DNA of 30,336 bases, from positions 1-30,336 of IMG/VR virus record IMGVR_UViG_3300002092_000138. One strand, 5' to 3'. This document shows positions 7,328 to 14,502 of the stretch, piece by piece. A program made the position numbers and the translations under genes. Positions within the stretch are counted from its first letter, which is position 1. Each line of letters starts with the position of its first letter. The notes under the pieces were generated by a model, which ran no database searches, was not told the origin of the DNA, and saw only the letters and a program-made list of their open reading frames with translations. Source of the stretch: a virus. Its lineage: Duplodnaviria > Caudoviricetes.

Positions 7328-9112
7328 TTACTTCTTTTTGCCCGAGTGGGTTTGCTGCTTGAGGGCCATTTCTTGCGCTGCGGCTTCGGCTCTTGCCACG
7401 TCGCGGCGCATAATGCTTGCGCGTAATTCTTCTGGCTCTGGTGCGTCCACGTGATCCACCAATTGCGATGGGGTCATTGCGCCGATCTTCACCAAGTTGA
7501 ACGCAAGTTCTTTCGACTCCATCGAGAAGGCCGGCGACGACGAATGGGAGTCCACGGTCAGCGTTACATCTTCCGGCAGATCAGCAAAAGTAAACGTGAC
7601 AGGCACCGTGCCTTTCGCGGGTGGCATCAACATGCTGTTCTCGCCCGCAATAGCGTCCGACTCCACACCCGCTTGTTCTTCGGGCACCCACGCAATCAAC
7701 TTGCGGTCGATGTGTGCGCGCGCCAGATCAAGCATTGTTGCGCCAATCGCTTCCACATCACGCTCGACCAACAACGCGCGATCTTTAAAGCGGGGTGAGA
7801 ACATACGCACCAATGTTTCCGCGTGCGAAGCAGAACGAACACCCGCTTCACCTTGACCTTTGGCAATCGGAGGCAGGCCCATCATTTCATCGAACATGCG
7901 CTCGTATTCATGCAACGAGTGCCACAATGTTTCGGGGATTTGAACGGTGTCGCGCTCGATTTTCGCGTTGGGGTTTTGGTCTGTCCAATACCCACCCGGC
8001 TTGTTGAAGCGCGAAAGTGCGGTCTGGTTCACACCGGTCGAACCAACGAATTTTGTCGGCGGGTCTTCCTGTTTACGCAAGAGACGATTGATGCCTGTCA
8101 GGCGCGAGTTAATTGCTTCTTGCAACAGAACCAAGCGCGATACTTCGGACAAGCCCCAGAAGTAATCTTCAACAGGATTGACGCAGATGGTGTTGAACGG
8201 GTGATCCCCGCGCAAGCATGGCTCTGTCTGGCGTGTGTCCGTGTTGTAAGAGAAGATGTTTTGCGTCATGTATTTTCCGGCAATCAGAATGTCATTGCCG
8301 ATCAGTTGGAATGTGGCCCAGTCGCCGCGACGATCATCCCACACCCAGACTTCATCCATTTCCAGCATCGAGGCTTCGACAGCCGGATCAATCGACGGGC
8401 GAGGTTGTGACATCCAATCCACAAGACCGCGGCTCGGGTTTGGTGGGGCGCTACCAGCAGGTTGAAACGGATATAAACCCCCCGTCACGATGTTCATTGC
8501 AGAGGCCGACGCATCCTTCATCCCGCCCGTTGTCGAGCGCATGTAAGCCTTGGCCCTGTCAAGCAAGTCACGCTCGTCAGGGCGATCTTTGACAAGGTTT
8601 CGGAACTGCGAAGGGTTGATAAGAAAACGATGCGTAAACGCTTCCATATCAGGGTCAAGTTTTGTGTGGTTTTCATGCAGCACGCCGAAGTTTTCCGGCT
8701 TCACAATCTGGCTCTTGTATTCCTTGTTCACCATCGTTGTTTTGATGATGCCGATACCGCGCCGGAGACTGCCTGCGACACCTTGCGAGATCAGATTATC
8801 AATCCCCGCTTGGCGCGCCATTTTCCGGATGTGTCCAGCCGCCGCACGACCTTTCGATTGGTTGACCACATTGGGGATGTCAGGGTCGGTGACTGCAAAT
8901 CGCAATGACAGTGGGGAAAAGAGCAGGGATTCGAGGTCGTCGAGCGACGAGAAGATTTTGTTGTACATCGCCGGAGCAGAAGGGTCGGCGGAACCTGCTG
9001 TTGCGTAGGACTCATAGAACGCACCTCGGTTTTGTCGGGCTTGCCTCGATGACATGCAAACATCTGCAATGTTACGGGCAAATTGTTCAATGTCGCGTGT
9101 AGGTATTAGCAT
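7328..9112 (-). CDS. Portal protein (P22-like), inverted relative to the other structural genes
   Basis: 594 aa; YNKIFSSLDDLESLLF, GIGIIK, HPFNTICVNPVEDYFWGLSEVSRLVLLQEAINSRL, FDEMMGLPPIAKGQGEAGVRSA follow the P22-like portal pattern; lies between terL and scaffold/capsid. Confidence 0.85.
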   Translation of the reverse strand: MLIPTRDIEQFARNIADVCMSSRQARQNRGAFYESYATAGSADPSAPAMYNKIFSSLDDLESLLFSPLSLRFAVTDPDIPNVVNQSKGRAAAGHIRKMARQAGIDNLISQGVAGSLRRGIGIIKTTMVNKEYKSQIVKPENFGVLHENHTKLDPDMEAFTHRFLINPSQFRNLVKDRPDERDLLDRAKAYMRSTTGGMKDASASAMNIVTGGLYPFQPAGSAPPNPSRGLVDWMSQPRPSIDPAVEASMLEMDEVWVWDDRRGDWATFQLIGNDILIAGKYMTQNIFSYNTDTRQTEPCLRGDHPFNTICVNPVEDYFWGLSEVSRLVLLQEAINSRLTGINRLLRKQEDPPTKFVGSTGVNQTALSRFNKPGGYWTDQNPNAKIERDTVQIPETLWHSLHEYERMFDEMMGLPPIAKGQGEAGVRSASHAETLVRMFSPRFKDRALLVERDVEAIGATMLDLARAHIDRKLIAWVPEEQAGVESDAIAGENSMLMPPAKGTVPVTFTFADLPEDVTLTVDSHSSSPAFSMESKELAFNLVKIGAMTPSQLVDHVDAPEPEELRASIMRRDVARAEAAAQEMALKQQTHSGKKK

Positions 9113-9126
9113 GTCATCCCATCCTA

Positions 9127-9145
9127 TCGTTTTGATATAAAACGA
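9127..9145. promoter_or_regulatory. Palindromic operator-like site in the divergent portal/head intergenic region
   Basis: Perfect TCGTTTT-gatat-AAAACGA. Confidence 0.5.
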
Positions 9146-9162
9146 CTTTTTTCAATTCTATA

Positions 9163-9191
9163 TTGACAAGGCCGTTCATATCAACTTAATC
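9163..9191 (+). promoter_or_regulatory. Putative sigma70-type promoter of the head operon
   Basis: TTGACA (9163-9168), then 16-17 nt, then CTTAAT/TTAATC, in an AT-rich intergenic stretch. Confidence 0.55.
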
Positions 9192-9203
9192 TTTGTGTGC
9201 ACC

Positions 9204-9227
9204 GTCGGGATGGTAAGCTCTCCCGAC
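9204..9227 (+). other. 5' leader hairpin
   Basis: GTCGGGA-10 nt-TCCCGAC. Confidence 0.55.
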
Positions 9228-9252
9228 ATCCCTAGCAACAAGGAGTTTTACC

Positions 9253-9318
9253 ATGTTTAACGTTGACACTCTCATCGAAAAGCGTGGCCGCAAGGCAAAG
9301 CGTAAAGGTCGTAAGTAA
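9253..9318 (+). CDS. 21-aa basic micropeptide MFNVDTLIEKRGRKAKRKGRK (absent from the ORF track)
   Basis: Strong AAGGAG RBS at 9240-9245, 7 nt before the ATG; TAA at 9316-9318. Confidence 0.75.
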   Translation: MFNVDTLIEKRGRKAKRKGRK

Positions 9319-9329
9319 TTTACGCTTAG

Positions 9330-9359
9330 GGGAGTGGGGGTGTAACAACCCCCGCTCCC
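9330..9359 (+). other. GC-rich 12-bp hairpin without U-tract
   Basis: GGGAGTGGGGGT-gtaaca-ACCCCCGCTCCC (one G-U pair). Confidence 0.65.
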
Positions 9360-9381
9360 TCACAATCAAAGGGTTTAGATC

Positions 9382-9801
9382 GTGGTATTACCATTACCAA
9401 CTCCCGGTGCTGGCGCACCTCCCGGAATGGGGCCTCCTCCCGCCGCTACTGGCGCGGGACCGGCAGCTATGCCTGGTGGAATGGGCGGCTCTGTCCAACA
9501 CGGTATGGCGGCTTTGAAAGTCGGCCTAGAGGCTTTGCAAAAGGCCCTCCCTCAATTACCCCTCGGTTCCACACTCCACCAAGCTGTTCTCAAAGCCTTG
9601 ACCGACATCGGCAAGCAAATGGAAAAACAAGGCGGCAGTGGAAACGATCAAGCTGGTGCAATTCAACAGCTTGTAGATATGGCCCGCACGGCCAAAACGC
9701 AACCCGCAATGGCAGGTATGATGCCGGGCGGGGCACCTCCGGCCGGAGGCGCGCCCGGTGGAGCACCTCCACCACCCCCAATGCCACCCGCAGGAGCATA
9801 A
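9382..9801 (+). CDS. Pro/Gly-rich hypothetical head-module protein
   Basis: Helical core (ALKVGLEALQKALPQLPLGSTLHQAVLKALTDIGK) between low-complexity ends; GTG start uncertain. Confidence 0.75.
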   Translation: MVLPLPTPGAGAPPGMGPPPAATGAGPAAMPGGMGGSVQHGMAALKVGLEALQKALPQLPLGSTLHQAVLKALTDIGKQMEKQGGSGNDQAGAIQQLVDMARTAKTQPAMAGMMPGGAPPAGGAPGGAPPPPPMPPAGA

Positions 9802-9811
9802 GGAGTTTCAA

Positions 9812-10024
9812 ATGTCTCAGGGTAAAATTCCAACACCATACGTCAATGACGTTAAAGAAGATAATTCAACGATGCAGTATGTCGCGTTCGATACGATGGG
9901 TATCGGCGCACGCAAATCCGGCATCCCGTCTGGTAATACCAATGGTATCAAAGGCTTGGATCATGTGGGCATGGATGCCTCGCATGGCGCAGGCAAGACT
10001 CCTTCCACAGGCGGTAGGAAGTAA
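9812..10024 (+). CDS. Hypothetical head-module protein (70 aa)
   Basis: TAAGGAG RBS before ATG 9812 (MSQGKIP...). Confidence 0.75.
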   Translation: MSQGKIPTPYVNDVKEDNSTMQYVAFDTMGIGARKSGIPSGNTNGIKGLDHVGMDASHGAGKTPSTGGRK

Positions 10025-10027
10025 GCC

Positions 10028-10615
10028 ATGACAGCCACCCCCGAACAAATTGCTTTGATGCGTTCCAAAGAGCTTATCGACGCTCTGTGGAATGACGGCG
10101 AAGTAGGTCAAAAAATTCAAGCCACGGCAAAAGCCAAGTGGAATGACATTAAAACGACCGAGGACATACTCAATCCAATTGTGCAGCCGCATGTTGCGAA
10201 GATGCAGCAGTTGGAAAAAAAGTATGAGGAACTTCTAAAGGAGCGCGAAGAAGAAAAACGCGCGACTGACGATGAAAAGGCAAGGCGTAAGCTGGAAGAA
10301 CAGCTTGATGACGCTCGTCGCAAATACAATCTGACTGAAGAAGGCTTCAATCAGATGGTCGAGCGCATGAAGTCAACAGGCAACTATTCCGACGCGGAAG
10401 CTGCGGCAGCTTATGTCGCCAGCAAGGCACCGCCTGCCAAAGTTGCGGGACCGACTTGGGGCCCACAAGACCTCGATTTGTTCGGATCGAAGTCACATAA
10501 CGACGATCTTGTGCAGCTTCATCGTGATCCGATGGGCTACATGGATTCTCAACTGACCGAATTCGTTAGAGACCCTGATAAATACGTCCGGGACACTCTC
10601 GGTAATGCGGCTTAA
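10028..10615 (+). CDS. Putative capsid scaffolding protein
   Basis: Charged coiled coil (LEKKYEELLKEREEEKR...), directly upstream of the capsid gene. Confidence 0.7.
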   Translation: MTATPEQIALMRSKELIDALWNDGEVGQKIQATAKAKWNDIKTTEDILNPIVQPHVAKMQQLEKKYEELLKEREEEKRATDDEKARRKLEEQLDDARRKYNLTEEGFNQMVERMKSTGNYSDAEAAAAYVASKAPPAKVAGPTWGPQDLDLFGSKSHNDDLVQLHRDPMGYMDSQLTEFVRDPDKYVRDTLGNAA

Positions 10616-10632
10616 TAAGAGGATTTAGCTAA

Positions 10633-11703
10633 ATGGCCTATCCAACATCACCAGTATCAACACTGACGGGGAGTGGTATCACGCCCTCCGGTGCGTTAGG
10701 CGCCCAGCTTGCCGCACTGACCCGGCGTGCCTTCATCCCGTCAGTTTACGTCCAAATCTACCAATCACATCCTCTGCTTTCTTTGTTCATGTCGAACGCT
10801 AAGGCAGCACGAGGCGGTGTCAGCCAGATTACGGTTCCAGTGCAGGGTTCATCTTTCGTGAACTTCAACTGGGGTTCGTTTGCTGGTGACTTCCCGATGC
10901 CAACCGATGCGGCAGCGATCCAGAACGCACAGTTCTCGCTGAAACTCGGTATGGTGCCGATTGGGTTCTTCGGAATGGAGTCCATCATCCAGTCGTCCGA
11001 AGTCGTTATTCCGAAGCTGCGCGCGGTTATGTCCGACGCGGCTGTCGTGATTAAGCAGGCTTACGCACAGGCGTTGTATTCCAACAACTATGCTAACTCG
11101 CAGGTGTGGGACTCTCTCACCCAAGCCTTTGACGATGGCACGAACGTTCCTTCCTATGGGGGTATCTCCCGCACACCCGGTTCGTTCTGGTCAGGTCAAT
11201 TGATTACCAACACTGGCGCAGCTGCAACAACCCGTGTCGGTATGGCACAGTTGTTGACCCGCGTACAGGCTGGTGCAGGCGGCGAAGCCCCTGATTACGC
11301 TGTCATGAACCCCGCAAACTGGGCTGAACTGATGAGCGACTTCATGTCTCTCGAAATGTTCACCACGCGGCCTCGGTCGATTTACGACAAGGATGACATG
11401 GTAAACGCAGGCTTCCGCGCTATCCGAGTGCTTGATACACCGATCTTCCCAGATCCGTTCTGCCCACTCGGAACCTGCTTGATGGTCAACTCGCGCTATA
11501 CGGGCCTGTATATGTCCGAATACGCTCCGATGACCTTCTCCGGCTTCGAGAGCCAAATCCCCGTCGGTCAGATTTCCGACATCGGGGTTCTGATCTCTTG
11601 CGCCGATCTCGTTTGCGCCAAGCCGTCCTCCGGTGCTCAAGTAACGGGCATCACTGGGGCAGCATGGCCGAATGTTCCCGGCACATATCCAGCAGTAATC
11701 TAA
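10633..11703 (+). CDS. Major capsid protein (HK97-fold type)
   Basis: 356 aa; LAALTRRAFIPSVYVQIYQSHPLL, DDGTNVPSYGGISR, PDYAVMNP, GFRAIRVLDTPIFPDPFCP, LMVNSRY; position after the scaffold. Confidence 0.88.
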   Translation: MAYPTSPVSTLTGSGITPSGALGAQLAALTRRAFIPSVYVQIYQSHPLLSLFMSNAKAARGGVSQITVPVQGSSFVNFNWGSFAGDFPMPTDAAAIQNAQFSLKLGMVPIGFFGMESIIQSSEVVIPKLRAVMSDAAVVIKQAYAQALYSNNYANSQVWDSLTQAFDDGTNVPSYGGISRTPGSFWSGQLITNTGAAATTRVGMAQLLTRVQAGAGGEAPDYAVMNPANWAELMSDFMSLEMFTTRPRSIYDKDDMVNAGFRAIRVLDTPIFPDPFCPLGTCLMVNSRYTGLYMSEYAPMTFSGFESQIPVGQISDIGVLISCADLVCAKPSSGAQVTGITGAAWPNVPGTYPAVI

Positions 11704-11716
11704 GGAGTGAGAGCAA

Positions 11717-12802
11717 ATGGGTCTCTTTTCTGGTTCCGGCGTATTACCTTCACTGAAAGGTGTCGCCACTAACGTAGTCACCCTGCAATCGGGTCAGGTT
11801 CAACTGATTACCCCCGCAGGTTGGTATATGGTCCACACGGGTCTCTATACCGTTGTTCAGCAGTTTGATCCCATCACGGGCATCTGGCGCGACATTGGTA
11901 GCGGCGACCACAACGGCGGTGTCAAGTACATCTATTCAGATGGCGTGAACTACCGTCTTGCTAACCAGACCGGTTGCGCAGTCGGCGCTCTGCTGACCAA
12001 TGCCGGTTCGGGCTATACCTCGGCACCGGTCGTTACGGCCTCTGCCGGTAGCTCGATCTGGAAGGCAATTGTCGGCGGCGCAGTCTCCACCACGGTCACT
12101 GTGACCAACGGTGGCGTTAACTATGCCTACCCCCCGATTGTCCAGTTTGCTGCCCCGCCCGCAGGTGGTGTGCAGGCAACCGGTTACTGCACCATCTCCG
12201 GCGGTGTTGTGACATCGGTAACTGTGACCAATCAGGGCGCAGGCTACGCTTCTGCACCGACGGTTGTGTTCATCAACGATCCGCGCGAAGGTGTGAACGG
12301 TGTTTCCACCGGCTACAACGCCGCTGCAACCTGCACCCTCACGGGCGCTGGTACGGTTACAGCCATCCTCTGCCTCGATCACGGCCAAGGTGGTTTGACC
12401 TCTCTGCCAACACTCAACATCGCCGGTGGCGGTGGTTCGAGCGCAGCAGCTACCGCGATCATGAACTGGTCGATCACTGGCTACACCGCTGGCACCGCCG
12501 GCGCTGGTTTGGCTGGTTCGGTCGCCCGCATCACCGCAGAAGATGCCTTCCCCACGTCGGCTTCGGCTTACACCAACCCGAACACCCAGTCCGGTCTGGT
12601 GCGCACCCGTAGCGCCGACATCAAAGCGCCGATCTCCGGTGCGGGGATCACGGCAACCGGCGCAGTGGTTTATGATGGTGGTGTTTACACCTCCTCGCCG
12701 ACCCCTCTCGTCGTCCCCACCGCTTCGGTAGTCACCACAGCCCCCGTTGTGACTTTCTCGATGGGTGGTCAAACTGATACAACCTACCTGACGCAAGTCT
12801 AA
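11717..12802 (+). CDS. Virion structural protein (capsid decoration/spike-like) with GSGYTSAP beta-repeats
   Basis: TAAGGAG RBS; Gly/Thr/Ala-rich; NAGSGYTSAPVV, NGGVNYAYPPIV, NQGAGYASAPTV; lies between the capsid gene and a terminator. Confidence 0.7.
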   Translation: MGLFSGSGVLPSLKGVATNVVTLQSGQVQLITPAGWYMVHTGLYTVVQQFDPITGIWRDIGSGDHNGGVKYIYSDGVNYRLANQTGCAVGALLTNAGSGYTSAPVVTASAGSSIWKAIVGGAVSTTVTVTNGGVNYAYPPIVQFAAPPAGGVQATGYCTISGGVVTSVTVTNQGAGYASAPTVVFINDPREGVNGVSTGYNAAATCTLTGAGTVTAILCLDHGQGGLTSLPTLNIAGGGGSSAAATAIMNWSITGYTAGTAGAGLAGSVARITAEDAFPTSASAYTNPNTQSGLVRTRSADIKAPISGAGITATGAVVYDGGVYTSSPTPLVVPTASVVTTAPVVTFSMGGQTDTTYLTQV

Positions 12803-12823
12803 TCGGCATAGGGTATCGGAAAC

Positions 12824-12862
12824 AAAAGCCCGTGCTTGCAGAAATGCGGGCGCGGGCTTTTT
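12824..12862 (+). terminator. Rho-independent terminator, potentially bidirectional
   Basis: AAAAGCCCGTGCTTGCA-GAAA-TGCGGGCGCGGGCTTTTT: long stem, GNRA loop, U-tract. Confidence 0.88.
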
Positions 12863-12878
12863 AATTTGGAAGATTGCG

Positions 12879-13763
12879 ATGTCACTCAGCCAACTTTTGA
12901 ATGATACCTCGGTGTTGTTGAACGACATGAACTATTCTTTCATGTCCGAGGCACAACTGACACGGTGGATCAACACTGCGCGGCGAAACGCTGCAAAACG
13001 CACAGGTTGCGTGCGGCGTTTGATTACCGGCCAATCAGCTTTCGGTGCATCTGCGCGCGCGGGCCAAGCAATTCCGACCGCGGCACAGCCCGGCGCATTG
13101 CCGTGGGGGTTTCCGGCCAATCAAAAAACCAATACCGGCGACTTCAACGTGGACTTCAACAACGACTACAACGTGAATGGGGCCTTCACCTACTACCCCA
13201 ACCCTCCGGTGTCGGCTGTGGGTGCGATCAACAATACCTGTCAGACAATTCCCGGTGTGGAGCGCTATCCTTACATTGGGTTTTTCAACAAGTTTTTGCA
13301 GGCTCAATACGAGGGTGTGGATAGTGTGATTGATACCATCGCGTGCTCGGTTAATTGGGGTGGTACCACACGCCCGACACTTGATTGGATGCCTTGGGAT
13401 GAATTCCAAGCCTATTGTCGCGCATACTCCGTATTGAATATGTCCTATCCGGCCATCTGGGCCGTCTATAACGATGGCCCGCAAGGCGAAATCTGGATGT
13501 TCCCTGTTCCCTCTCAATACAACGAGATTGAATTGGATGTGACTTGCTTGCCCAAAAACCTGATTGACGATACCACCTACGATGTCATCCCCGATGGTTT
13601 TCAAGAAGCCTTAAAATATGGGGCGGCAGCAATCGCGTTCGAGTCCACACAACGCTATGCGCAAGCACAAGCAATGGAAGACCGGTTTGCCGATAATCTG
13701 GGCGTTGCGCGTGTTTCTGTTGATCGTGGTAAAACCCGCACCTATTATGTTCAAAACCCGTAA
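12879..13763 (+). CDS. Putative head-tail adaptor protein
   Basis: SEAQLTRWINTARRNAA N-terminal helix, IWMFPVP, IPDGFQEALKYGAAAIAF pattern; first gene after the head operon. Confidence 0.7.
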   Translation: MSLSQLLNDTSVLLNDMNYSFMSEAQLTRWINTARRNAAKRTGCVRRLITGQSAFGASARAGQAIPTAAQPGALPWGFPANQKTNTGDFNVDFNNDYNVNGAFTYYPNPPVSAVGAINNTCQTIPGVERYPYIGFFNKFLQAQYEGVDSVIDTIACSVNWGGTTRPTLDWMPWDEFQAYCRAYSVLNMSYPAIWAVYNDGPQGEIWMFPVPSQYNEIELDVTCLPKNLIDDTTYDVIPDGFQEALKYGAAAIAFESTQRYAQAQAMEDRFADNLGVARVSVDRGKTRTYYVQNP

Positions 13764-13772
13764 GGTGATTTT

Positions 13773-14009
13773 ATGGCAGGCGTTCACGACCACACGGCAT
13801 CTGTTTTATCGTTGGCACGGGTAATGCTGGCAGGCATTGATCCACGTCAGGAAAACACAATGGTAAAAAGTGCCGCGCTTATACTCATTATCAACACATT
13901 GCTTGAAATTGGCGCACCCGGACAGACCGCGCGGGTTTCAGAAGTGAACAATAACGTGCGCTCCATAATGGAGTCGTTCAACGCAATGCAGGGGCGAAAC
14001 CTTGGATAA
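13773..14009 (+). CDS. Hypothetical protein
   Basis: TAAGGTG RBS; tight packing. Confidence 0.65.
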   Translation: MAGVHDHTASVLSLARVMLAGIDPRQENTMVKSAALILIINTLLEIGAPGQTARVSEVNNNVRSIMESFNAMQGRNLG

Positions 14010-14502
14010 TACCGAGCAGATAAACAACCTATATGAGGCATCCAAAGAGGCACCTAAGGTAGCGCCACAAATGCCTGTTACGGCTGCGCCCGAAACACCC
14101 GTTGTGACGGTTGATCCAGTTTTTGAAAAGAACAAATCCTATGTTTTGCCCGGAGATCACAACTACAATACGGAATTGTCTCCCACACAAGAACTTATTT
14201 TTAGAGAGTGGGTTAAACGAAATGAAGTTCCGTTTGATGTGAACGCGCAAATCACAGATTATGACATGCGTGGCTTTTGGAAAGCCTACACAGAGGGAGA
14301 CCCAAAAGCAAAATCGGAAACAAACCCTAACGACGAAACACTACACTATAGCGACTATTGGAAAACACCCTACCACAAAAGCTTTTCTTCGGAGAGCCAA
14401 TGGGCAGACCCAGAAAAAGCCCCCCGCTGGAACGATAAAGATCAACTTGTTCTTCCTGATGGCACTGTAATTTTTGACGAGCGAGCGGTAAATGGCAACT
14501 AA
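14002..14502 (+). CDS. Hypothetical phage protein (DYDMRGFWK...H.SDYWKTPYHKSFS.ESQWA motif)
   Basis: Overlaps both neighbours; aromatic motif-rich globular core; TTG start uncertain. Confidence 0.7.
   Translation: MDNTEQINNLYEASKEAPKVAPQMPVTAAPETPVVTVDPVFEKNKSYVLPGDHNYNTELSPTQELIFREWVKRNEVPFDVNAQITDYDMRGFWKAYTEGDPKAKSETNPNDETLHYSDYWKTPYHKSFSSESQWADPEKAPRWNDKDQLVLPDGTVIFDERAVNGN

Noticed and set aside
7451-9102. Plus-strand ORFs over the portal region
   Set aside because: Short, overlapping and without motifs; the 594-aa minus-strand ORF explains the region
7300-9270. Invertase sites flanking the portal (AACGTTGA at ~7320 and ~9259)
   Set aside because: Only 8 bp, in direct orientation, the second lies inside the micropeptide ORF, and neither resembles the TGTC/GACA sites near the resolvase
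9192-9360. tRNA or known riboswitch
   Set aside because: No cloverleaf, T-loop or recognisable aptamer consensus; only simple hairpins
11690-11720. Capsid read-through or frameshift into the downstream gene
   Set aside because: No slippery sequence is visible and the next gene has its own strong TAAGGAG RBS
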